Shown piece by piece: positions 46,736 through 55,127 of a stretch of DNA of 64,000 bases. Position 1 is the stretch's first letter. Each line of letters begins with the position of its first letter. The DNA comes from Candidatus Berkelbacteria bacterium. GTDB taxonomy: Bacteria; Patescibacteriota; UBA1384; JACPKC01. The stretch is taken from the NCBI GenBank assembly GCA_016187225.1, contig JACPKC010000010.1:156590-220589 (forward strand), read 5' to 3'. The position numbers and the translations under genes were made by a program. The notes under the pieces were generated by a model. The model worked only from the letters and a program-made list of their open reading frames with translations, was not told the origin of the DNA and made no database searches.

Positions 46736-48856
46736 ATGCACAAATCCAGATTTAAGAAATTCCGGCGAGTCTTTGCAATTTCTATGGTCGGACTCATTTT
46801 GAGTTTTTCTTCAATCGCGCCCGCCCTTGCGGTTGGGCCAATCGGACCAGTTGGTCCACAAGGCCCAGTGGGGCCCCAGGGTCAGGTTGGTCCACAAACC
46901 CCAGTTGGCCCCCAAGGCTCTATCGGTCCTCAACCAGTCACAGAACAAGGTCCAGCTTCAACATCAACAGCCGAACCATCAGTGATTTCAAATGAACCAC
47001 CAGTTGCACAACTCACTAATAACTCGAACGTAATAGAGCCAGGCGTTCAAACTTCCACTCCGCTTGAACCAGTCGCACCAATCGAGTCGACCAGCGCTTC
47101 AGCCGACCCGGCGATTGAAGGCACGCAAGTCAGCGCCGGCGAACTTACGAATGAGCAAACTGGCTCGAACTCGGAGAATTCAAATGCCGTCGGTGTCACA
47201 AATTCGGCAATGGTTGAAACGACAAATTCGGCCACAGTCGGCAATAATCTTAATTTAGATGCGGCGACCGGCGATAACGAAGTTACGAGCAATACCATGG
47301 TCGGAAGTTTCACGACTGGTGATATTCAAGGTTCGATTAACATCATCAACGCTACGAATTCAGAATTTGCCCCTGGCAGTACCGTGGGTGTTGGCGAGAT
47401 CACAACAAATGCAAGTGGTGATGTTTTCTTGCTTGATGGAGTGGATCGGTTATATTTACCAAGCAACAATGAAACTGGAGTGAATTCAGCTAATACAAAC
47501 GTTATTAATGACACGAACGTGGTACGTATAATTACAGATAATAATGCCGACATTGATAATGTTATCGATATTAGTGCCGATACCGGCAATAATACGCTCA
47601 CCAGCAACACAGTGCTCGGCGATATTGCGACCGGCACGATCGACCTTTCATTGAACATCATCAATTTACTTAACCTACTTATGCCGGACACGCTTTTTTC
47701 GCTCGACCTTTGGTCAATTTTTGGCGACCTTGCGAGTGATATTATTCTCCCCATGGTCAATGAACTCACCGGCGTAAATTCGGAAAATACAAATTCTGCT
47801 ATCCAAAATACAACTGTCGATGTTACCCTGGCGAATAACGCTCAAATCGATAATATCTTCGACATTCAAACCGAGACAGGCAATAACGCACTCGCCAGCA
47901 ATAGTACTGTCGGAAACATCGAAACCGGCGGCACGCGGATCGAGGGTGGAGTTACAAATATTGCTAACAGCGCCAATCCGACACTTTATCTCTTTAATGT
48001 TTTGGGTGACTGGACTGGGAGCGCTCTCGGATTGCCAGGCGGTAATTTTATTGTGAATGAACTTTCCAGCCTACTAACGGGTCCTAATTCGCTCAATGAG
48101 AATACTGCCCAGCAAACAAATGATGTTTTAGTTGACGTAACCAATACCGCCAACGTTTCCAACCAGCTTTCTTTGAACGCAAATACCGGCGCTAACACGG
48201 TTGAGCGAAATTCAAAAGTTGGCAATATTAAAACCGGCGATATTAATGTCATGGCGAATGTGGTCAATTTCCTTAATTCGTTTGGGAGTGATCTTAAAAA
48301 GTTTTCTCTCAAGGTTGTGAATATTTTTGGAAACTGGAATGGCACCGCGAAATCAACGCCCGATCCAGAAATTCAAACTGCAAGCGCTCTCGCATCGCCA
48401 GAGAACATCGATAATCAGTCATCGCAAAATTCAAACACTGCCGATGTGTGGGTTACACAACCAGTCGCCGCAACTTCAATAGAGATTTCACAAGCATCAT
48501 CAAATTCTACCGGTGAAAACAATCTATCGGAAACTGTGATAGCTAGTGTTGCCGAAGATCAGTCGCCTGAAATGCCAAGTTCGCCAGTTCAAGTTGCAAG
48601 CGCGAATGAAAATACAAGACTTGCGTTTGTTGAGCAAAAACAGAATTCTAATGACGAATCGAGATTATCTGAAGATGCTACACCCGAAGAAAATCTCACT
48701 AAAATTGCTTCAGCTCACATTGAACAACCTGTCTTGGTTGGGGCTGAAAAGAATAAAATAAATTGGCAACTGATACTAGTCTTAAGTCTACTTAGCTTCT
48801 TCGCTTTAATCTGGGGTTCTCTTGAGATTGCCGCCGTTAAATCAATTCGTCGTTAA
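46736..48856 (+). CDS. Large surface protein 3: signal peptide, collagen-like GXY tract, at least four units of about 70 aa, and a C-terminal TM anchor with a KSIRR tail
   Basis: Start at MHKSRFKK with RBS GGGGAGA. GPIGPVGPQGPVGPQGQVGPQ...GPQGSIGPQ. Units TG(S/V/P)NSxNxN...TGxNxxxxNTxxGxxxTGD. The C-terminus is WQLILVLSLLSFFALIWGSL followed by EIAAVKSIRR. Confidence 0.7.
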   Translation: MHKSRFKKFRRVFAISMVGLILSFSSIAPALAVGPIGPVGPQGPVGPQGQVGPQTPVGPQGSIGPQPVTEQGPASTSTAEPSVISNEPPVAQLTNNSNVIEPGVQTSTPLEPVAPIESTSASADPAIEGTQVSAGELTNEQTGSNSENSNAVGVTNSAMVETTNSATVGNNLNLDAATGDNEVTSNTMVGSFTTGDIQGSINIINATNSEFAPGSTVGVGEITTNASGDVFLLDGVDRLYLPSNNETGVNSANTNVINDTNVVRIITDNNADIDNVIDISADTGNNTLTSNTVLGDIATGTIDLSLNIINLLNLLMPDTLFSLDLWSIFGDLASDIILPMVNELTGVNSENTNSAIQNTTVDVTLANNAQIDNIFDIQTETGNNALASNSTVGNIETGGTRIEGGVTNIANSANPTLYLFNVLGDWTGSALGLPGGNFIVNELSSLLTGPNSLNENTAQQTNDVLVDVTNTANVSNQLSLNANTGANTVERNSKVGNIKTGDINVMANVVNFLNSFGSDLKKFSLKVVNIFGNWNGTAKSTPDPEIQTASALASPENIDNQSSQNSNTADVWVTQPVAATSIEISQASSNSTGENNLSETVIASVAEDQSPEMPSSPVQVASANENTRLAFVEQKQNSNDESRLSEDATPEENLTKIASAHIEQPVLVGAEKNKINWQLILVLSLLSFFALIWGSLEIAAVKSIRR
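46835..46933 (+). repeat. Collagen-like Gly-X-Y triplet tract (about 10 triplets, one interruption) inside protein 3
   Basis: In-frame translation of GGNCCN-rich DNA gives GPI GPV GPQ GPV GPQ GQV GPQ (TPV) GPQ GSI GPQ. Confidence 0.7.
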
Positions 48857-49448
48857 ATTCCTACGTTCGATTCTAGCTTTTTCGCTTTTGTTATTATTTT
48901 GGTACGCGCCGCTCATTTTTTCACTTACTCAACCGACCCTGATTGAAGCTGGTGTACTAGGTAAGAGGATTGCTGAAGCGCCGGTCGCTGACACTTTTAG
49001 ATACGAAAATTTAGGGATTGAGGTTCCAATCGAAAAGGCCGCCTGGACATCACCCTTAAATACAAAAGATTGGCGTAAAATTCGCTCGGCGCTCGAACGG
49101 GGCGTAAGTTTGGCATATGAGGGCGAGTTTTTGGAGAGTGTTACCCTTGCCTTTATTACCGGTCACTCGAGCGATGTCTATCCACACAGATATAGTTCCG
49201 TTTTTGCCAGCCTTGGCCAAGCGCAAAGAGACGATAATTTTACCTTGTGGCTTAATCAAAATCCCTACCAGTTTAAAGTTACTGGGGTCAAAATTATTTC
49301 ACCCCAGGATGTTGAAGAGTTTCAGGCCCTGAATCCGGGAGAGAAATCAGACATCCAACGAGTTGCTCTGGTAACTTGCTGGCCGGTCTTGACAACTCGC
49401 TCAAGACTCGTTGTGATTGGAGAACGCAGTTTGAGAGGTAGCTTATGA
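48822..49448 (+). CDS. Sortase-like transpeptidase 2
   Basis: N-terminal TM; AFITGHSSDVY (His), ALVTCWP (Cys), TRSRLVV (Arg). It overlaps the end of protein 3 by 35 nt and the start of the subtilisin gene by 4 nt. Confidence 0.65.
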   Translation: MRLPPLNQFVVKFLRSILAFSLLLLFWYAPLIFSLTQPTLIEAGVLGKRIAEAPVADTFRYENLGIEVPIEKAAWTSPLNTKDWRKIRSALERGVSLAYEGEFLESVTLAFITGHSSDVYPHRYSSVFASLGQAQRDDNFTLWLNQNPYQFKVTGVKIISPQDVEEFQALNPGEKSDIQRVALVTCWPVLTTRSRLVVIGERSLRGSL

Positions 49449-50602
49449 ATAGTTATAAAATTTTTATTACTGGTCTAGCATTGTTGATTTGGTTTAGTAT
49501 TAGCTTGCCTGCAGAAGCAAGTCAAACGCGGGTTCAGGTTGGCGAACGCAAAGTTGTAAAATGTAAAATTTCGCTTGACAAGTGCGCCAACGAACTTCGT
49601 TCACAAGGTGTGCTTGTAAAGAGAAAACTTTCGTTTATTCAAGGCGTGGCGGCGAATTTGAATAGTGAAAGCGAGGCGAAACTTATAGCCACTGGTGTGA
49701 TTCAGAACGCTGACCCAGATATTGAGATTTCTGCTTTAAGCCATCGCGACCAGGCTCAAATTCTAACCTGGAACATTGCCCGAATCCAAGCCGATCGAGC
49801 ACAGGCAAAGAGTACTGGATTAGGTATTGATGTGGCGGTGATTGATACAGGTATCGATCTCGATCACCCGGATTTAATTGGTAGAATTAAGGGCGGTATC
49901 AACCTCATAAATCCTTGGGCCAACGCTGATGACGATAATGGTCATGGCACACATGTTGCTGGAATTATAGCGGCGGAAAATAACGGTTTTGGCGTTCTCG
50001 GTGTTGCTCCGAAGAGCAACTTATACGCAGTTAAAGCTCTTGATCGGCGTGGCCGTGGCTATCTTTCAGATATTCTTGCTGGCATGGAATGGGCGCTCAA
50101 TTCCGGGATTGAGGTGATCAACTTGAGTCTTGGAACGCCGGTTAGCATTCCCACACTTCAGGAGGCCACAACTCGGCTGGTGCAGACTGGGATTGTAGTT
50201 GTTGCGGCGGCTGGCAACGACGGCGCCGCCGTGAATTATCCAGCGGCGTATCCAGGCGTAATTGCTGTTGGCGCAGTCGGTGATGAGGACGAATTACAAC
50301 GTTGGTCATCACATGGATCCGCGCTCGATGTTGTTGCTCCAGGCGATCATATTTATTCCACTTATCGAAGAGATCGGTATCGAACCATGAGCGGAACATC
50401 GATGGCAACCCCTCATGTTGCCGGACTTGCAAGCTTACTTCTTGCTTACCCGTCAGCTTGCGACCAAAATAGCGATAATCAGTGTTCGGCTGAAGAAGTT
50501 GCCGCTCGGATTTTTGCAACGGCAGACAATTTAGATACACCTGGCTACGATTTGACTACTGGTTATGGCGTGATTAATTCAGCTCGAGCCCTAGGACTTT
50601 AG
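49445..50602 (+). CDS. Secreted subtilisin-like serine protease (S8)
   Basis: Triad motifs VIDTGID (Asp), HGTHVAGIIAA (His), GTSMATPHVAG (Ser); signal peptide. Confidence 0.85.
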   Translation: MNSYKIFITGLALLIWFSISLPAEASQTRVQVGERKVVKCKISLDKCANELRSQGVLVKRKLSFIQGVAANLNSESEAKLIATGVIQNADPDIEISALSHRDQAQILTWNIARIQADRAQAKSTGLGIDVAVIDTGIDLDHPDLIGRIKGGINLINPWANADDDNGHGTHVAGIIAAENNGFGVLGVAPKSNLYAVKALDRRGRGYLSDILAGMEWALNSGIEVINLSLGTPVSIPTLQEATTRLVQTGIVVVAAAGNDGAAVNYPAAYPGVIAVGAVGDEDELQRWSSHGSALDVVAPGDHIYSTYRRDRYRTMSGTSMATPHVAGLASLLLAYPSACDQNSDNQCSAEEVAARIFATADNLDTPGYDLTTGYGVINSARALGL

Positions 50603-50647
50603 AACTCATTGTTTGTCCTATTAAAGCCTGTTAATATAGCAGGCGGT

Positions 50648-50734
50648 GCCGCGGTGGCGGAACCGGCAGACGCGCTGGACTCAAAATCCAGTGATCGCAA
50701 GATCGTGTGGGTTCGACTCCCACCCGCGGCACCA
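50648..50734 (+). tRNA. tRNA-Leu (anticodon CAA), class II long variable arm, encoded CCA
   Basis: Acceptor GCCGCGG/CCGCGGC. Anticodon stem-loop CTGGA-CTCAAAA-TCCAG. T-arm GGGTTCGACTCCCAC. Discriminator A, then CCA. Confidence 0.8.
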
Positions 50735-50808
50735 AAACAAAACCGGACGGCTTTTTGAGAGCCAGATCGTGGGTGCTCTTGTTGTGAGCAACGGCTAATA
50801 TCTTATAC

Positions 50809-51285
50809 TTACATCTGGTCGATGCCGGTTGCAAATTGACGTTTATTGTCCCCTACGCTTTCAATTAAGAAGTAACCCAAGCGTGGCGCGGCCGATGCTT
50901 TTTTACTGAATTCGGCATTAGCATTTCCGCTTTCGTTAGTTGAAAAATTACCGATTGACACTTTGGTGCCATTGTAAATGTTATTGCCATCCGGATTCGC
51001 GCCAGTATTCTTGAGACTAATGAAGAAAAGCTTATAAGTTTTCTCTGCAGAGGCACCCTCAAGGTGAACGTCAATTTCATCCTCTGTCACCGATACTTGT
51101 CCTTCCTGCAGAGGATCAGTACCTTTTTTAACGGCATTACTGCCGCAATCGTTACCGCTTTTAGTATCAGCACAGCGAATGAGGTCGCTTTCCATCGAAT
51201 GCCATTCGGAAGCAATTGCGTAGACAGCGCTCGCCGAAAGAGTTAATAAGACAAGTGTTAGAATTACTAATTTCCATGATTTCAT
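50809..51285 (-). CDS. Hypothetical secreted protein
   Basis: AGGAGGTGA RBS and ATG at 51285 (MKSWKLVILTLVLL signal peptide); no recognised domain. Confidence 0.5.
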   Translation of the reverse strand: MKSWKLVILTLVLLTLSASAVYAIASEWHSMESDLIRCADTKSGNDCGSNAVKKGTDPLQEGQVSVTEDEIDVHLEGASAEKTYKLFFISLKNTGANPDGNNIYNGTKVSIGNFSTNESGNANAEFSKKASAAPRLGYFLIESVGDNKRQFATGIDQM

Positions 51286-51349
51286 TTCACTCACCTCCTC
51301 TCTACATTGAATATATTTAAAACAGATGGGATTGTAAATTATTCAATTA

Positions 51350-51967
51350 TTAAATTGGAGTAAAGTGTGCATTGCCCTGCCTGATCAGCGTGGGCGGGGT
51401 AGTTGTGAGATCGACGACAGTTGAAGAAGGAACTTGTGGCAAAGCGCCGGCATTGAGAATCAAATCCGGTTGAGATTCTTGAGGGACGACATGAAGAAAA
51501 TGTTTCTTAATGTCTTCAAGTGAGTATAAGGCGCCTTGTCCAGATAGATTGGCGCTGGTTGTAATATAGGCGTCGTGGAATGTCTGCGAAATAACTTGAG
51601 TGATCGGGTAGTCGGGAATGCGAATACCGATTGTGTTCGTTGGAGAAATACCGAAATCGGCATTGAGTAAGATAAAAGTATACGATCCAGGCAGATAACG
51701 TTTCAGCGTTTCGCGTTGGTAATCGGAAAGCTGGGCGAGCCTTTCAATGTGTTCAAGGTCTTGAGCAATAACAGAAAATTTTTTGCCAGTCTCTCGATCT
51801 TTCAGGGCAAGGAGACGTTGAATTGCGCGCCGATTGCGCGCATCAGTTCCTAAACCATAACAAGTATCGGTTGGATAAATTAAGACACCGCCTCGTTTTA
51901 ACACTTCAACTGCCGCCTGAATAGCGCTCGAATCCGGTTTTTGAGGCGAAAGTGTCAGTATTTTCAT
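51350..51967 (-). CDS. tsaC: L-threonylcarbamoyladenylate synthase (YrdC/TsaC family)
   Basis: GGVLIYPTDTCYGLGTDARN YrdC signature. The start is uncertain; the ORF track extends to 52003, which would abut tRNA-Ala. Confidence 0.75.
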   Translation of the reverse strand: MKILTLSPQKPDSSAIQAAVEVLKRGGVLIYPTDTCYGLGTDARNRRAIQRLLALKDRETGKKFSVIAQDLEHIERLAQLSDYQRETLKRYLPGSYTFILLNADFGISPTNTIGIRIPDYPITQVISQTFHDAYITTSANLSGQGALYSLEDIKKHFLHVVPQESQPDLILNAGALPQVPSSTVVDLTTTPPTLIRQGNAHFTPI

Positions 51968-52010
51968 CATTAGTAACGTACCAGTAAATCTGATAAGATG
52001 CATCTTATCT

Positions 52011-52086
52011 GGGCCGTTAGCTCAGCTGGTAGAGCGCAGCATTCGCATTGCTGAGGTCGGGAGTTCGATTCTCCCACGGTCCACCA
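52011..52086 (+). tRNA. tRNA-Ala (anticodon CGC), G3:U70 identity pair, encoded CCA
   Basis: GGGCCGTTAGCTCAGCTGGTAGAGC D-arm; anticodon loop TTCGCAT; T-arm GGGAGTTCGATTCTCCC; acceptor 3-prime ACGGTCC-A-CCA. Confidence 0.85.
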
Positions 52087-52094
52087 AATTAAGA

Positions 52095-52805
52095 ATGATT
52101 TTTATGTCAGAAAAAACAATTTTCAATATTGCCTTTAACTGCGATAGCACGCTGGTTTCGATTGAGGGCCCGGTTGAACTAGCACGTCGCTTAAAAGTTC
52201 AGGGGATCGATGAACTTACGGAGCAAGCTATGCAGGGCGAGGCGTCATTTACCGAAGTTTTCCGGCGTCGTTTTGAGCTTTTGCAACCCAGTCTTCCAGA
52301 CGTTCAATGGCTTGGTTCGCGTTATCTTGAAACTATCGTTCCTGGTGCAAGAGAAGTTATTCAGACACTTAAAGATCAAGGCCATCGCATCTACCTTATT
52401 GCTCCAGGGTATCGAACCGCAATTCTTAAACTTGCAAAATATCTTGGCATTCCTTCACTCAACGTCTGCGCGGTTGATATCGAATTCGACAGCGTCGGAA
52501 AATATCTTTCTTTTGATGAGGATAATATTCTTACAACTGATGAGGGCATTCCTATGGTTTTAGCTGAAATCGCTAAACTTGGTCCAACAATTTATATTGG
52601 TGATTCCGTGCGCGATTTAGATACTCGCTCGGTCGTTGATCTCTTTATTGGCTTCGGTGGAGTCCGTTTTCGACAGAAAGTCGCCGATGAGGCCGAAGTG
52701 TATGTCAAAACACCGAATTTTTTACCAGTTCTTGCGCATATTCAAAACAGAATACAAATTATTCACGAACGTAGAATGAATAAAGCGGCGCTAGCGATGG
52801 TCTAG
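52095..52805 (+). CDS. HAD-IB (SerB-like) family protein with Asn at the nucleophile position
   Basis: Motif I reads IAFNCDSTLV, whereas SerB has FDxDSTL. Later HAD motifs (GYRTAIL, IGDSVRD) are present. Confidence 0.65.
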   Translation: MIFMSEKTIFNIAFNCDSTLVSIEGPVELARRLKVQGIDELTEQAMQGEASFTEVFRRRFELLQPSLPDVQWLGSRYLETIVPGAREVIQTLKDQGHRIYLIAPGYRTAILKLAKYLGIPSLNVCAVDIEFDSVGKYLSFDEDNILTTDEGIPMVLAEIAKLGPTIYIGDSVRDLDTRSVVDLFIGFGGVRFRQKVADEAEVYVKTPNFLPVLAHIQNRIQIIHERRMNKAALAMV

Positions 52806-52817
52806 CAGAGGAGTTTT

Positions 52818-53903
52818 ATGCCCGTCCTTGATCTTCAGGAAAATTTTCAGACACTTGATCGTGAAAATATGCTCCAGTCGATCGAAGACATGCCAGCTCA
52901 ATGTATGGCGGCTTGGGAAGGAATGAATTCAATTACTTTGCCAACTCATTATATTCAAGCCAATCAGATGATTTTATTAGGCATTGGCGCGAGTCGAGTT
53001 GCGGCTGAATTTGTACAGGCGATCGCTTTAAAGACTAGTACAATTCCCATTGAAGTTTTGACTGGTCCGGATTTGCCAACTTATGTTGGCAGTCAAACGT
53101 TGGTCATTGCCATAAGTTATACGGGAAACACGCGCGAAGTGGCTGCCGCCTTTCGCTCTGCTGGTGAGCGTGGGGCAAAGTTATTCGGTATTAGCGCTGG
53201 TGGGGATTTAGCCGCTCTCTGTCGTAAATACCGAGCTCCATATTTCTCGATTCAATATGGTGCTCAACCACGAGCGGCGATTGGTTATCTGATAATGCCG
53301 CCTTTATTGGCGCTCGAGCGCCTTGGTTTTGTTGAATTCGAAACCCAGGATCTATTGGCCAAGGGAGTTGAAACCTTACGCCAATGTGCCGAAATTCTAC
53401 GTCCGTCAGTGTCGACTCCACAAAATCAAGCAAAACAACTCGCCCAACGTTTGATGGGTAAGATCCCCGTGATTCTTTCGCCTGATTTCCTTCGAGCAGG
53501 CCGACATCGTTTTCAAATGCAACTTCAGGAAAATGCTAAAACCTTTACGGTTGAAGTTGAACTACCTGAAGGCTTTCATACGTTTATCGCCGATCTAAAA
53601 TTTCCTCAAAGTATTGCCAGTGAATTAGCTTTCGTTTTGCTCCGTTCGCAATACGAATCGACAGGTTTGCGTGAAGAATACGAAACTTTGGGCACTCAAC
53701 TCAAGCAAGGGCACCTACAAATAGAACAGATCAAGCTTAAAGATGGCAATACATTTCTTGATGAGCAATTCGGTTTTTTGAGCTGGGCTGATTACGTTTC
53801 ATTTTATCTGGCTCTCCTGAATGGAGTTGACCCCTCGCAGTCAGGGGATATGATAAACATTCAAGCATCAAAAGTTGGCTTAAAGGCATTTTTCCAAACG
53901 TAA
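52818..53903 (+). CDS. Bifunctional phosphoglucose/phosphomannose isomerase (archaeal-type PGI/PMI, SIS domain)
   Basis: SYTGNTREV signature (the SYSGNTEE box of bifunctional PGI/PMI) and GISAGGD. Confidence 0.75.
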   Translation: MPVLDLQENFQTLDRENMLQSIEDMPAQCMAAWEGMNSITLPTHYIQANQMILLGIGASRVAAEFVQAIALKTSTIPIEVLTGPDLPTYVGSQTLVIAISYTGNTREVAAAFRSAGERGAKLFGISAGGDLAALCRKYRAPYFSIQYGAQPRAAIGYLIMPPLLALERLGFVEFETQDLLAKGVETLRQCAEILRPSVSTPQNQAKQLAQRLMGKIPVILSPDFLRAGRHRFQMQLQENAKTFTVEVELPEGFHTFIADLKFPQSIASELAFVLLRSQYESTGLREEYETLGTQLKQGHLQIEQIKLKDGNTFLDEQFGFLSWADYVSFYLALLNGVDPSQSGDMINIQASKVGLKAFFQT

Positions 53904-53918
53904 TCATTAAGGAGGGAT

Positions 53919-55127
53919 ATGAGCGTTATTAAGTCGATTCAAGCGCGTGTCATACTTGATTCCAGGAGCGATAAAACACTCGAAGTCGACGTTTGGTTGG
54001 ATGATGGTGTTCGTGGTCGTGCCTCGGTTCCGGCAGGCGCATCAACGGGGATTCATGAAGCCGCTCAAATCAAAGATATGGATCAGGCGAAACATAATGT
54101 GAACACACTTGCTAGTTTAATTCTAGGTCAAGACCCAAGTCAGCAGGAGCAAATTGACCGCACCTTACTTTCAACCGACGGCACCGAAGAGAAAAGCGCT
54201 TTGGGTGGTAACGTAATTTTAGCGCTTTCATTAGCGGTTTGTGATGCCGCCGCTCAAAGTCGTCATTTACCGCTTTTTAAGCATATTCAAGAACTTGCGG
54301 GTCTGAAGACTGGGTCACGCCTGCCAACGCCGATGTTCAATATCATTAATGGCGGCAAACATGCTGATAACTCACTGGAATTTCAGGAATTTATGATTGT
54401 CCCGGCGGCCGACGAGCGTTCATTTCGTGAAAAATTGATGATTGGCGCTGATCTTTTTCAAAAACTGCGAGCGGTTCTGCATAAAATGGGGCACTCGATC
54501 GCACTTGGGGATGAGGGCGGTTTTGCTCCACGGCTCAACTCAAATGAAGAGGCATTGGAAATTTTAGTTCAAACGATTGAGGGCGCAAATTACCAACCGG
54601 GTCGTGATGTCACTTTGGCCTTGGATATTGCCGCGAGTTCAATTGCCGATCTCACACCAGTTACCTACCCGCTAGATTCCAACTCGTACTACAAAAAATT
54701 AATTTCAACTTATCCGATTTCTTCACTGGAAGATCCATTAGCCGAGGAAGATTGGCAGGGTTGGGCGAAACTGAATGCCCTAATCGGTTCGAGTATTTTA
54801 ATTGTCGGTGATGATCTTTACACAACCAATCCGAAAAGACTAGCAATGGGAATTCAGCAAAAGGCGGCAAACGCAATTATTATTAAGCCGGATCAAATCG
54901 GCACACTTACCGAGACTTTGCAGGCCGTGCGCCTTGCAGAACGGGCTGGTATGACAATTATCGTCTCACATCGCTCCGGGGAAACAGAGTCAACCTTCAT
55001 TTCTGATCTTGCCGTTGGCACTGGCGCGGCCTTCATTAAAACCGGCGCTCCCGCGCGCGGCGAGCGGGTCGCCAAGTATAATCAGCTTCTTAGGCTTGAG
55101 GAGTTTTTACAGGAGAATCAGGCATGA
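53919..55127 (+). CDS. eno: Enolase
   Basis: ARVILDSRSDKTLEVDV N-terminus; SHRSGETES active-site motif. Confidence 0.95.
   Translation: MSVIKSIQARVILDSRSDKTLEVDVWLDDGVRGRASVPAGASTGIHEAAQIKDMDQAKHNVNTLASLILGQDPSQQEQIDRTLLSTDGTEEKSALGGNVILALSLAVCDAAAQSRHLPLFKHIQELAGLKTGSRLPTPMFNIINGGKHADNSLEFQEFMIVPAADERSFREKLMIGADLFQKLRAVLHKMGHSIALGDEGGFAPRLNSNEEALEILVQTIEGANYQPGRDVTLALDIAASSIADLTPVTYPLDSNSYYKKLISTYPISSLEDPLAEEDWQGWAKLNALIGSSILIVGDDLYTTNPKRLAMGIQQKAANAIIIKPDQIGTLTETLQAVRLAERAGMTIIVSHRSGETESTFISDLAVGTGAAFIKTGAPARGERVAKYNQLLRLEEFLQENQA

Noticed and set aside
44850-48300. Possible CRISPR-like or tandem non-coding repeat array
   Set aside because: The repeats are in-frame coding modules of surface proteins. 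They are degenerate at the DNA level, with no spacer/repeat periodicity and no cas genes.
50631-50834. 67-codon minus-strand ORF
   Set aside because: It completely overlaps tRNA-Leu(CAA), with no RBS.
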